Below are positions 9,251 to 18,411 of a stretch of DNA of 64,000 nucleotides, one piece after another; the stretch's first letter is position 1, and each line of letters begins with the position of its first letter. The stretch is from Clostridia bacterium. Its GTDB lineage: Bacteria; Bacillota; Clostridia; Oscillospirales; Acutalibacteraceae. The notes below the pieces were generated by a model, which ran no database searches, was not told the origin of the DNA, and saw nothing but the letters and a program-made list of their open reading frames with translations. The stretch spans positions 5,666 to 69,665 of the forward strand of contig JAFQHU010000011.1 in assembly GCA_017397845.1 (NCBI GenBank). Direction: 5' to 3'. A program made the translations under genes and the position numbers.

Positions 9251-9976
9251 TTATTCGAACTCCTTTATATACCCCTTTGCGCTTCTGGTCATTTCTTTAC
9301 AGAAATCCGAATCATATTTCCTTTTACAAAAGGCAGTAAGCCATTCTTCATAAGATTTATCACCGGCCTTATATGAAAGCATTTCACGCAGCTCGTCGCC
9401 GTTCATGCGGCGGTATGAGTCGGTATGTACTATGAATTTTTGCTCACATCTCGTCGGCTTGTTTCGCTTCTTTTGTCCTTCAGTGGGATATCCGATAACG
9501 AGCATGCATATGGGGACCACTCTGTCGGGTAAAGAAAAAAGCTCTTTGTGATATTCTCTGTTTTCGATTATATCACCGATGTAGCAAGAACCCAAACCGA
9601 CACTTTCTGCGGCAACAACTACATTCTGAGCGGCGATTACAGCATCCTCAATGGCGATAAAAAGGTCGCCTTCTCCTGCACTTTTCGGCTTTAGTCCGAT
9701 GCTGCGGTAGGCATCATCCCATTTTTTACAATCTGCACAGAAAATCAGTACCATGGGTGCGGTTCTTATGAAGGGCTGGTTATCGCAGGAGACGGCAAGC
9801 TTATCCTTTATCTTTTGATTTCGTACATCGATTATGGTGTAAAGCTGCTGGTTTCCTGCCGTGGGAGCCTCGGAAGCGGCAGAAAGCAAAAGCTCTCTCG
9901 TTTTTTCATCGATATCACTTTCCGTGAATTGGCGGACACTTTTTCTGTGGAAAAGACTTTTGATTATCTCGTTCAT
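9251..9976 (-). CDS. Nitroreductase family protein
   Basis: Start moved to ATG at 9976 (SD AAGGGAGAA). HRKSVRQF...APTAGNQQ pattern is typical of FMN nitroreductases. Confidence 0.8.
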   Translation of the reverse strand: MNEIIKSLFHRKSVRQFTESDIDEKTRELLLSAASEAPTAGNQQLYTIIDVRNQKIKDKLAVSCDNQPFIRTAPMVLIFCADCKKWDDAYRSIGLKPKSAGEGDLFIAIEDAVIAAQNVVVAAESVGLGSCYIGDIIENREYHKELFSLPDRVVPICMLVIGYPTEGQKKRNKPTRCEQKFIVHTDSYRRMNGDELREMLSYKAGDKSYEEWLTAFCKRKYDSDFCKEMTRSAKGYIKEFE

Positions 9977-10106
9977 GTTTTTCTCCCTTAAAGTATTTTT
10001 GAAAATTATAGCATAATTTTTACGTAAAAAACAATAGTGCATTATTGAAAAAGTGTAATTTATGTGTTATTATAAGATGAAAAGTAATGCAAAGGAGAAA
10101 TAAAAA

Positions 10107-10844
10107 ATGAAAGTAATTGTAATGAACGATGCTTTGGAAATTTCAAAAGAAGCGGCTGATATTATCGTAAAACAGGTAAATAATAAACACGGAAGTGTTC
10201 TCGGCTTTGCTACCGGTGCTTCACCTGTCGAAACATATAAGAGAATAATTGAAGCTTATGAAAGGGACGAGGTTTCTCTTAAGTACATAACAACATTTAA
10301 TTTAGATGAATATGTGGGCCTTGACAGAGAAAATGTCAACAGCTATTTCTATTTTATGAAGGATAATCTTTTCGGTAAAACCGATGTGGATTTTGACCGT
10401 GTAAATTTCCTTTCAGGCACTGCCGAAGATATGGAAGCGGAGTGTGCCCGTTACAGCCAAAAAATCAGAGAAAGCGGCGGAATAGACATTCAGCTTTTGG
10501 GAATCGGTATCAACGGTCACATCGGTTTCAATGAACCGGGTGAAAAATTTGCTGACGGACCTTTTGCTGTCAAACTTACCCAAAGCACCATAGACTCAAA
10601 CAAAAAGTATTTTGAAGCTGTAGGCGACACTATGCCCGAATATGCTTTAACTATGGGTATCGGTGACATCATGAGAAGCAAAAAGATTATTCTTATTGCC
10701 ACGGGTGAAAGCAAAGCCAAGGCGGTCAAAGAGCTTGTTGAGGGTGAGGTATCTCCTTCTTGTCCCGCAACTATACTGAAGCTTCATGCTGATGTTACGG
10801 TATTCCTCGACAAAGAAAGCGCAGCTCTCCTCAGTGATAAATAA
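10107..10844 (+). CDS. nagB: Glucosamine-6-phosphate deaminase
   Basis: GFATGASP, FNLDEYVGL and LGIGINGHIGFNEPG motifs. 245 aa. Confidence 0.9.
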   Translation: MKVIVMNDALEISKEAADIIVKQVNNKHGSVLGFATGASPVETYKRIIEAYERDEVSLKYITTFNLDEYVGLDRENVNSYFYFMKDNLFGKTDVDFDRVNFLSGTAEDMEAECARYSQKIRESGGIDIQLLGIGINGHIGFNEPGEKFADGPFAVKLTQSTIDSNKKYFEAVGDTMPEYALTMGIGDIMRSKKIILIATGESKAKAVKELVEGEVSPSCPATILKLHADVTVFLDKESAALLSDK

Positions 10845-10883
10845 TTTTCAGAAAGGGATTCCCGTTTGTGAATCATAGGAAGT

Positions 10884-11729
10884 ATGAGTATTGATAACAA
10901 AAAGCTTAAATCATGTCCCCGCATAACCGATACTTCCGTTACCGATAAGGGTGAAATTCGTATCCGGTGGACTGAGGTTCCCGGAACGGACAAATATGCT
11001 GTCAAACGTTCGGAAACTCCCGACGGAGAGTTTGAACTCGTGGCTTGGGAAAAGGGTACGGAATATATTGATAAATCCGTAAAAAAAGACATTACCTATT
11101 GGTACAGAATAGTGGCACTCAAGGTGCTTAAGGGTAAAAGAAACTCCAAAAAAATGAGCCCTGTCGCTGCACGGGTTATTTCGTCCGTTCCTGCCGCAGA
11201 AAAGCTTAAAATTACGGGTGCGGGAATGAAAATCAAGCTTGAATGGGTAAAGCCTGAAAATGTAAGCTCGTTTCTTGTATACCGCAGAAATGAATATTTC
11301 GATCAGCTTATGCCTGTGTGCAAAGTTACGGAAGGAAGCTTTATTGACCGGGATGTTGTCGGCGGACAAATTTATCATTACAGTGTGCAGAGCCTTGACG
11401 GCAACCGTCAGGGAAATTTCAGCCGGGAGGTTTCTTGTGTCTGTTTGGATTCGGGTGAAATCCTTTCAGTGAAGTCACATCTGTTTAAAAAGGTTGACCT
11501 TAAGGTGAGAATAGTTGCAGGCGCTGACGGATATATTTTTGAACGCAGTACAGACGGCGAAAGCTTTGATGAGGTCGGAAAAACCGATTCCGACGTTTCC
11601 GTAAGATATACCGATAAGGCGGATAAAGCCTTCACAGCGTATTATTACCGTGTAAAGGCATATAAAAAAGTCGGTGAAAAAACCTTTATCAGTAAACCTT
11701 CAAAGTCAGTCAGAGTCAAAACCAAATAA
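10884..11729 (+). CDS. Hypothetical protein with three FN3-like repeats, no signal peptide
   Basis: Three units of about 90 aa share the pattern (I/L)xW..V.G...Y.(V/I).R.......(F/Y)..(V/I)......Y.D........Y.Y.V.A. No N-terminal hydrophobic segment. Confidence 0.55.
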   Translation: MSIDNKKLKSCPRITDTSVTDKGEIRIRWTEVPGTDKYAVKRSETPDGEFELVAWEKGTEYIDKSVKKDITYWYRIVALKVLKGKRNSKKMSPVAARVISSVPAAEKLKITGAGMKIKLEWVKPENVSSFLVYRRNEYFDQLMPVCKVTEGSFIDRDVVGGQIYHYSVQSLDGNRQGNFSREVSCVCLDSGEILSVKSHLFKKVDLKVRIVAGADGYIFERSTDGESFDEVGKTDSDVSVRYTDKADKAFTAYYYRVKAYKKVGEKTFISKPSKSVRVKTK

Positions 11730-11744
11730 AATTGATTTAAAATA

Positions 11745-11773
11745 TTGACTTAATCAGTATTTTAGGTTAAAAT
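11745..11773 (+). promoter_or_regulatory. Sigma-A type promoter for the 37-codon mini-gene
   Basis: TTGACT (11745-11750), 17-nt spacer, TAAAAT (11768-11773). Confidence 0.55.
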
Positions 11774-11811
11774 GGACGTAAATAAATATATTTATAACGG
11801 AGGAAATAATT

Positions 11812-11925
11812 ATGGAAAATAACGACAATCGCGGCTTTATTGACATTTTCACTGATATGTTCAGAACTTTTATCGACTTCATCGTATTTATGTTTTACGG
11901 TGTATTCAGAGGAGAAACTGAATAA
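11812..11925 (+). CDS. Small Phe-rich peptide (37 aa), below the ORF-track size cut-off
   Basis: ATG at 11812 with SD ACGGAGGAA. Product is MENNDNRGFIDIFTDMFRTFIDFIVFMFYGVFRGETE. It is flanked by its own promoter and a strong terminator. Confidence 0.45.
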   Translation: MENNDNRGFIDIFTDMFRTFIDFIVFMFYGVFRGETE

Positions 11926-11939
11926 ACGACAAATCAGAG

Positions 11940-11975
11940 GGCTGCTGCACAGCTGTGCGGCAGCCTTTTTCTTTT
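11940..11975 (+). terminator. Rho-independent terminator after the mini-gene
   Basis: 11-bp GC-rich stem GGCTGCTGCAC / GTGCGGCAGCC, 4-nt loop AGCT, T-rich tail TTTTTCTTTT. Confidence 0.8.
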
Positions 11976-11983
11976 CTTACCTA

Positions 11984-12012
11984 TTGCATTTAACCTCTCT
12001 TTCGGCTATAAT
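11984..12012 (+). promoter_or_regulatory. Sigma-A type promoter for metA
   Basis: TTGCAT (11984-11989), 17-nt spacer, TATAAT (12007-12012). The leader is short, with no room for an S-box or T-box. Confidence 0.55.
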
Positions 12013-12042
12013 AAAAAGTAATTAACCAAAAGGAGAAATAAT

Positions 12043-12957
12043 ATGCCTATTAAAATAGATGACCGCCTTCCTGCAAGGGAAAGTCTTGAGAAGGAAAACA
12101 TATTCGTAATGACCGAATCCAGAGCAAAAAGTCAGGATATCCGTGCTCTTAAAATCATTATTCTTAACCTTATGCCCACCAAAATCACCACAGAAACGCA
12201 GCTTTTACGCCTTCTGAGTAATTCTCCCTTACAGGTAGATGTGGAATTTTTGCAAACTGCAACTCATAAAGCAAAGAATACCTCGGAAAGCCATATGAGT
12301 AATTTTTACCATACCTTTGATGAAATCAAGGGTAAAAAGTACGACGGAATGATTATCACGGGGGCACCCGTAGAGCTTATGGAGTTTGAAGAGGTTGATT
12401 ATTGGGATGAGCTTTGCCGGATTTTTGAGTGGACAAAGACCAATGTCTATTCCACCTTCCATATCTGTTGGGGTGCACAGGCGGGACTTTATTATCATCA
12501 CGGTATCCCAAAGTATACTTTGGATGAAAAGATGTTTGGTGTGTTTCCCCATAAGCCTTTGGATTTGTATCATCCTCTTATGAGAGGCTTTGACGATGTT
12601 TATAATGTTCCTCAGTCGAGACATACTGAGATCCGATTTGAGGATATAGCACTATGTAAAGATTTGCAGATAATATCCTATTCCGAACAGTCAGGTATCC
12701 ACCTTGTGTCTGACCTTGAGTGCAGAAATTTTTATGCTACAGGTCATTCTGAATATGATGCGGACACTCTTGCCAAAGAATATTTCCGCGACAAAGAAAA
12801 GGGCCTTGACATAAAAATCCCTTACAACTATTTTCCGGACGATGACCCAACCAAAACACCGGTCATTACATGGAGAAATGTAGGAACATTGATGTTCACC
12901 AATTGGCTTAACTATTTCGTTTACCAGAGGACACCTTATGATATAAATGACATTTAA
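12043..12957 (+). CDS. metA: Homoserine O-acyltransferase, MetA family
   Basis: [11 protein letters not shown]...[26 protein letters not shown] is the canonical MetA N-terminus. Catalytic Cys context HICWGAQA. 304 aa. Confidence 0.9.
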   Translation: MPIKIDDRLPARESLEKENIFVMTESRAKSQDIRALKIIILNLMPTKITTETQLLRLLSNSPLQVDVEFLQTATHKAKNTSESHMSNFYHTFDEIKGKKYDGMIITGAPVELMEFEEVDYWDELCRIFEWTKTNVYSTFHICWGAQAGLYYHHGIPKYTLDEKMFGVFPHKPLDLYHPLMRGFDDVYNVPQSRHTEIRFEDIALCKDLQIISYSEQSGIHLVSDLECRNFYATGHSEYDADTLAKEYFRDKEKGLDIKIPYNYFPDDDPTKTPVITWRNVGTLMFTNWLNYFVYQRTPYDINDI

Positions 12958-12960
12958 CTC

Positions 12961-12989
12961 TTGACTTATTTTAAAAGTTGAGTTATAAT
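12961..12989 (+). promoter_or_regulatory. Sigma-A type promoter for the pheST T-box leader
   Basis: TTGACT (12961-12966), 17-nt spacer, TATAAT (12984-12989). Confidence 0.6.
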
Positions 12990-12995
12990 CTCCTC

Positions 12996-13237
12996 AATAT
13001 CGTTTAAATACTATGACTGAGATCAAGTAGATTACGGACAAGGCTTTGCAGAGAGGGATTGGTTGCTGAAAAATCCCATCGCCCCCGCAGTCGAATTTCG
13101 CCTCACGAGTTGTCTGTGAAAAGCAGAATGTAGTCGCTGCATTAAAGCGAGCCAAAGCGGCAGAGTTTTTTCTCTGCAATTTGAGTGGTACCGCGGATTA
13201 TATTCGTCTCATTTTTACGATGAGACGATTTTTTTAT
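12996..13237 (+). promoter_or_regulatory. T-box riboswitch, Phe-specific (pheS leader)
   Basis: Conserved T-box sequence AATTTGAGTGGTACCGCG (13178-13195) and an AGAGA box (about 13050). GAAUUUCG at 13093-13100 gives a Phe specifier (UUU or UUC). Terminator stem TCGTCTCAT / ATGAGACGA (13204-13228) plus T7. The element lies directly upstream of pheS. Confidence 0.85.
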
Positions 13238-13259
13238 TATAAATTATTGGAGGTTTAAT

Positions 13260-14312
13260 ATGGAAAGTAAAATTTCTCTTGTCAGAGACGAGTTTCTGGC
13301 CGAGCTTACCAAAGCCGAAAACTCTGCCGACCTTGAAGCCATAAGAGTTAAATACTTGGGTAAAAAAGGTCCCGTAACGGAGCTTATGAAGGGTATGAAG
13401 GATCTTTCAAATGAAGAAAAGAAAGCCTTCGGTCAGAAGGTAAACGAGCTTAAGGCTGAGCTTACTGAAAAATTAGCCGAAAAAACTGCATTTTTAAAGG
13501 AACAGGAAATTCTCAGGGAAATCGAGTCAACACCCGATTTTGATATTTCCATGCCTGCCAACTTAGGTGAAGGGTCCTACCATCCTGTTACTCTCGTGCA
13601 GCGTCAGTGTGAACAGATTTTCAAATCTATGGGCTTCGCCGTAGAAGATTATGCGGAAATCGTTTCTGACTATGAATGTTTTGAAGCACTTAACATTCCC
13701 AAGCATCACCCCGCAAGAGATATGCAGGATACCTACTATCTTGATAACGGACAGCTTTTAAAAAGCCACACCTCTGCGGCTCAGAACGCTATTTACAAAA
13801 AATATAAGGATGCACTCATCAATGACGGTGTACCCATCAAAGCTATTTTCCCGGGCCGCTGCTTCAGAAACGAAGCTACCGACGCCTGTCACGAAAACAC
13901 CTTCTTCCAAATGGAAGGCGTTATGGTTGATAAGGACATCTCCATTTCTAACCTTATCTACTTTATGAAAACTATGCTGTCCGAGGTCTTCCAAAAGGAC
14001 CTCAAGGTAAGACTCCGTCCCGGATTTTTCCCCTTTGTTGAGCCGGGCTTTGAGCTTGACATCAGCTGCCTTATCTGTGGCGGTGACGGCTGTCCCTCCT
14101 GTAAGCACAGCGGCTGGCTTGAGCTTTGTCCCTGCGGCATGATTCATCCTGAGGTTCTCAAAGCAGGCGGAATTGATCCTGAAGAATACACAGGCTTTGC
14201 TTTCGGTCTCGGTCTTACACGTTTGGTTATGATGAAATACGGCATCAAAGATATCCGTGACCTTAACAGCGGAAATCTTAAAACACTCACACAATTTACC
14301 GACGACGAATAA
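13260..14312 (+). CDS. pheS: Phenylalanine--tRNA ligase alpha subunit
   Basis: Class II motifs (HPARDMQDTYY, FPGRCFRNE, GFAFGLGLTRL). 350 aa. Confidence 0.95.
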   Translation: MESKISLVRDEFLAELTKAENSADLEAIRVKYLGKKGPVTELMKGMKDLSNEEKKAFGQKVNELKAELTEKLAEKTAFLKEQEILREIESTPDFDISMPANLGEGSYHPVTLVQRQCEQIFKSMGFAVEDYAEIVSDYECFEALNIPKHHPARDMQDTYYLDNGQLLKSHTSAAQNAIYKKYKDALINDGVPIKAIFPGRCFRNEATDACHENTFFQMEGVMVDKDISISNLIYFMKTMLSEVFQKDLKVRLRPGFFPFVEPGFELDISCLICGGDGCPSCKHSGWLELCPCGMIHPEVLKAGGIDPEEYTGFAFGLGLTRLVMMKYGIKDIRDLNSGNLKTLTQFTDDE

Positions 14313-14330
14313 GAGGGGAGGAGGAATATT

Positions 14331-16691
14331 ATGTTTTTATCAATGAACTGGATTTCAGACTTTGTTGATTTCGAAGGTCTCGACAAATTAGAGCTTATCC
14401 GCAGATTTTCTCTTTCAACAGCTGAAGTAGAAAATGAAATTTTCTTTAAAGGCTCCGATATCAGCGGTATCGTTGTAGCGGAAATCAAAAGTGTGGAGGA
14501 TCATCCCGAATCGAAAAAGCTTCATTTACTTAAGGTGGATGCAGGTGACGGACAGCTTACCGATGTTGTTTGCGGTGCTCCCAATGTAAGAGTAGGTATG
14601 AAGACTGCCTTTGCCAAAATCGGCGCTAAAATCGGCGAAATCGACATTACTCCCCGTGCTCTTGCCGGCTATACCTCCTACGGTATGTGCTGCAGTGAAA
14701 AGGAAGTAGGCATCAGTGACGACAATTCAGGTATTATGGACATCAGAGAGAATGTTGCCAACGGTACCGATATCAAGGACCTTTACCAGGTTGAAGATAT
14801 CGTGTTCGAGGTTGACAATAAATCTCTCACAAACCGTCCCGACCTTTGGGGTCACTACGGAATAGCCAGAGAATTTGCCGCCATCGCAGGCAGACCTCTC
14901 AAACCTCTCGAAACAGTTGATCTTTCTGAATATGACGGACTTAAAAAGATTGATATGAAAATCGAAGACAGCCTTTGTCAGAGATATTCCTGTTTGCAGG
15001 TGGAAAACATTACTGAAAATGTTAGCCCCGTGAATATGAAAATCCGTCTTTTCTACTGCGGAATGAGAAGCATCAATCTTCTTGCGGACCTTACAAACTA
15101 CCTTATGCTTGAAATGGGTCAGCCCATGCATGCCTTTGACTCAAGAAAGGTAGAAAAGCTCCGTATCAAACGCTTTGACGAACCCTTCACCTTCACTACC
15201 TTAGACGGTGCAGAAAGAAATATCGACGAAAACACTCTTATGATCTGTAACGGTGACATTCCTGTTGCCATCGCAGGTATTATGGGCGGTCTTGACTCTG
15301 AAATAGTGGAAGATACAACCACTCTTACTCTCGAATCAGCCACTTTTGATGCTGTTTCCATCCGTAAATCCACCGTCCGTCTCGGTCACAGAACCGATGC
15401 CTCCATGCGTTATGAAAAATGCCTTGACCCTGAACTGACGGTTCTTGCCATCGCACGTTTTGTAAAGCTTTTACAGGATATAGACTCAGGTGTGGAGGTT
15501 GTTTCATCGCTCACCGATGAAAGAGCCTTTGAATATGACCAAATCAATCTTACCTTCAATAAAAATTTCGTAGACCGTTATACAGGTATCGAGATTGACA
15601 ATGAAACCATCGTCAAAACTCTTACCTCTCTCGGTTTCGGTGTTGAATTAAGCGGTGAGGATTTCTCCGTTTCGGTTCCCTCATGGAGAGCCACCAAGGA
15701 TGTTACAATGAAGGCTGACATTATCGAAGAAATTACCCGTATTTACGGCTACGATAACTTCGATATTCACACCACAGCCACACCTCTTTATCCCGTTCGT
15801 CCCGCCGCTGAAAAGACAGTTGAGGACAGAATAAAGGATATTTTGGTAAAGAGATTTTCTCTTCACGAAGTACACTCCTATGTGTGGGCTTACTACGATG
15901 AATACAAGGCTTTGGGTATCGAGATTGAAGATAATGTAAAGCTTATGAATGCCACCAACCCCAATATCGAGGTTATTCGTAAATCTATCATCCCCACACA
16001 GCTTTGTCAGCTCAAAATGAACAACACCTTTGCTGCCGATTACGGTATTTTCGAAGTGGGCAGAGTGGTTGAAGGATACAGAGAAGACGGTCTGTGTAAT
16101 GAAAGAAAGAAGCTTGCTGTTTCACTTTTCAGCAAAACGAAATCTGTGGAAGCTCTCTATTTCGAGCTTCGTGATATTCTTCTCACTCTTGCCGCAGACA
16201 TAAAGCATCTTCCTCTCACCTTTAAGACTGCAGAGGCCGCTCACGGCTATGAGCATCCGAAAAATCTCAATACAATTATCTGTGACGGTAAAAAGCTCGG
16301 TAAAATCGGTCTCGTTTATCCCACCGTCCTTAAAAAGATAGACAAAAAGGCAAATATCGTTTGGGCAGAAATCGATGTAACAGATTTTGCTCTTATCGAA
16401 GCAGACAGCATTAAGTATGAAGAGCCCTCCAAGTTCCCCGGTATTGAAATTGACCTTTCCTTCGTAAGCAGCAAGTTCGCACCCATCGGTGAAGCAGTGA
16501 AGAATGCAAATTGCTCTCTTATCAAGGGTATCGATGTGGTTGACACTTATGAGGACGAAAACGGCAAATCAATCACTTCCCGTATTTACTTCGCACATCC
16601 TGAAAAGACTCTTACCAAAGAAGAGGTAATGGATGTGGTAAACGGTATTATTGCCGAGCTTGAAGGCAAGGGAATTGCTCTTAAGAAATAA
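14331..16691 (+). CDS. pheT: Phenylalanine--tRNA ligase beta subunit
   Basis: 786 aa. N-terminal MxxSxxWI...tRNA-binding domain (KLHLLKVDAGDG), followed by B3/4 and B5 regions. Immediately downstream of pheS. Confidence 0.95.
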   Translation: MFLSMNWISDFVDFEGLDKLELIRRFSLSTAEVENEIFFKGSDISGIVVAEIKSVEDHPESKKLHLLKVDAGDGQLTDVVCGAPNVRVGMKTAFAKIGAKIGEIDITPRALAGYTSYGMCCSEKEVGISDDNSGIMDIRENVANGTDIKDLYQVEDIVFEVDNKSLTNRPDLWGHYGIAREFAAIAGRPLKPLETVDLSEYDGLKKIDMKIEDSLCQRYSCLQVENITENVSPVNMKIRLFYCGMRSINLLADLTNYLMLEMGQPMHAFDSRKVEKLRIKRFDEPFTFTTLDGAERNIDENTLMICNGDIPVAIAGIMGGLDSEIVEDTTTLTLESATFDAVSIRKSTVRLGHRTDASMRYEKCLDPELTVLAIARFVKLLQDIDSGVEVVSSLTDERAFEYDQINLTFNKNFVDRYTGIEIDNETIVKTLTSLGFGVELSGEDFSVSVPSWRATKDVTMKADIIEEITRIYGYDNFDIHTTATPLYPVRPAAEKTVEDRIKDILVKRFSLHEVHSYVWAYYDEYKALGIEIEDNVKLMNATNPNIEVIRKSIIPTQLCQLKMNNTFAADYGIFEVGRVVEGYREDGLCNERKKLAVSLFSKTKSVEALYFELRDILLTLAADIKHLPLTFKTAEAAHGYEHPKNLNTIICDGKKLGKIGLVYPTVLKKIDKKANIVWAEIDVTDFALIEADSIKYEEPSKFPGIEIDLSFVSSKFAPIGEAVKNANCSLIKGIDVVDTYEDENGKSITSRIYFAHPEKTLTKEEVMDVVNGIIAELEGKGIALKK

Positions 16692-16705
16692 GCTGATATT
16701 TACAT

Positions 16706-16739
16706 CTCCGCTACTGAAAAAAGTGGCGGAGTTTTTTTT
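16706..16739 (+). terminator. Rho-independent terminator after pheT
   Basis: 10-bp stem CTCCGCTACT / AGTGGCGGAG followed by T8. Confidence 0.85.
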
Positions 16740-16812
16740 GCGCTTCAGCGGTTGAAAGACAGGGTAGGTGTGTGATATAATCAATAAAGATTAATTGTTC
16801 TGAGGTTTCTTT

Positions 16813-18333
16813 ATGGATATAAAAGCATTTAAGAAAACAAAAATAGACTTATCCCTTTTAGGGTTTGATATGAACGGTGACTTTGAGCTTTATTACTGCA
16901 CACCGAAGAAAGCAAAAATTCTTGCATCATCAGGAGTTGACGGTATACATTTCTGCACTGTTCCGCAGTTCGGTGAAATGATATTTGCCGTAAGTCCCAT
17001 GAATTTCGGTGACTGTGTGCATCCCGTCGCTCGAAGCTTTGAGGATTTACTCCGTTTACTTCTCAGTTGCGGAGATATTGCCGCTTTGGAGCAATGTTAT
17101 GCTTGGGATGAAGAGCAATACAAAGCCTTTCTTAGCGATTGTCCACCGACAGAGAAACAGCGGGCAGTGTTAAATGAAATAAAAGATAAATGCAGTCTCG
17201 AACCAATGGCTGATGCTTTCGCTTATGTCAAAGAATTACAGTCTGAATTTGATTTGTCTCTGATACCGTACACCGAAGATTATTACGACCCCGAAATGAA
17301 TGCGGCGGCTCCCGAAGTACAGAGTGATTGGGCAGTATATTACGGTTGCGGTTATTGGTCTAAAAATGCCGAGGGTAAACCGGGCGAAGAAATAGTTTTA
17401 AACAAGACTTTTTCTTGGGGTGACGAAATATGGCATATTCCTGCTGTATATTCCTGTTCGAGGGGTTTGGTTATTGATTTTTGTGTTGAAATACAGCCTG
17501 AAAAAGAAAAAGCTTTTATGGATAAATGGTATCCCGTACTTGCAAAGGATGAAAATGTCAGCGATGAGCTTCGTGAACAGATTGAACAGGAAAATCCCAT
17601 AGATATAGATTTCAGTGTTCATTTACAACTGAACGGAAAGCCTGTTGTTGCCGATCACTGCAGTTCAATCAATTGGATTCCGGCTTTTTGTCTTCCTGAC
17701 GGAGTAAGATGTGAAAGAGAAGCAAAGGAGATTATCGGACATTACGGTTTGGATGAAACGCGGGTATGGTCTTTTCATCGGTGTTCTTGTTCTTGGGCGA
17801 CGAAAAGGAAGCCTGAAATCCGACGGTTAAAGCTTAGGTTGGAGCGTGAACCTGTCACGATTCAGGGCGTTCGTTTCAAAAATCCCTCTGTCGGTGATGT
17901 GATTTCTTTTGTGCATCCTGTTTATGGCACAGAGCATAAGCTGACTGTACTCGGATATGAAAAGCAGGAGTTTTCACTTAAGGGATTTCAGCATAAAGAA
18001 TATGAGTTTCCCACACATCACACGGCGATGACCTATACATTAGAGCCTGAATTGTCGGGGGAAATTTTTCGGGTTAGGGATGTTTTGCCTAATGAACAAC
18101 CGAAACTAAGACCGAAAAAACCGTATGAGCCTCGGTCGGATTATGATGCTTGTGTCGGTATCATCGGCGGTGAAGACGGTCCGACGGCAATTTTTGTTTC
18201 ACCCGATAAAAGCTTAGTACAGCACTGTGCATTATCAGCCTTGCATTTTGAGGTCACGGAGGATGTCGAATGGAAAGTTGTTTTCCGTGAAAAAATGATG
18301 GAAGATATAGAAACTGAATTATTTCATAATTAA
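16813..18333 (+). CDS. Hypothetical cytoplasmic protein, 506 aa
   Basis: Long ORF with good coding character, no TM segment or signal peptide, and no motif I can assign. Confidence 0.6.
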   Translation: MDIKAFKKTKIDLSLLGFDMNGDFELYYCTPKKAKILASSGVDGIHFCTVPQFGEMIFAVSPMNFGDCVHPVARSFEDLLRLLLSCGDIAALEQCYAWDEEQYKAFLSDCPPTEKQRAVLNEIKDKCSLEPMADAFAYVKELQSEFDLSLIPYTEDYYDPEMNAAAPEVQSDWAVYYGCGYWSKNAEGKPGEEIVLNKTFSWGDEIWHIPAVYSCSRGLVIDFCVEIQPEKEKAFMDKWYPVLAKDENVSDELREQIEQENPIDIDFSVHLQLNGKPVVADHCSSINWIPAFCLPDGVRCEREAKEIIGHYGLDETRVWSFHRCSCSWATKRKPEIRRLKLRLEREPVTIQGVRFKNPSVGDVISFVHPVYGTEHKLTVLGYEKQEFSLKGFQHKEYEFPTHHTAMTYTLEPELSGEIFRVRDVLPNEQPKLRPKKPYEPRSDYDACVGIIGGEDGPTAIFVSPDKSLVQHCALSALHFEVTEDVEWKVVFREKMMEDIETELFHN

Positions 18334-18411
18334 AAATGATTAATGATTTTTAGGTAGATTTTTATTCTATTATATGTTAACATAAATAAAAACAAACGGA
18401 GGTAAACCAAA

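Noticed and set aside
8992-9376. Track ORFs 8992-9246 and 9128-9376 (plus strand)
   Set aside because: They have non-ATG or weak starts and no SD. One overlaps the 3' end of the nitroreductase gene, and the other runs through hairpins. I treated the region as non-coding and report it as a possible ncRNA or repeat instead.
11926-12042. Expected S-box (SAM) or Met T-box riboswitch upstream of metA
   Set aside because: Only about 30 nt lie between the predicted -10 (12007-12012) and the metA SD. The upstream hairpin is the terminator of the mini-gene, and no SAM-riboswitch or T-box consensus is present.
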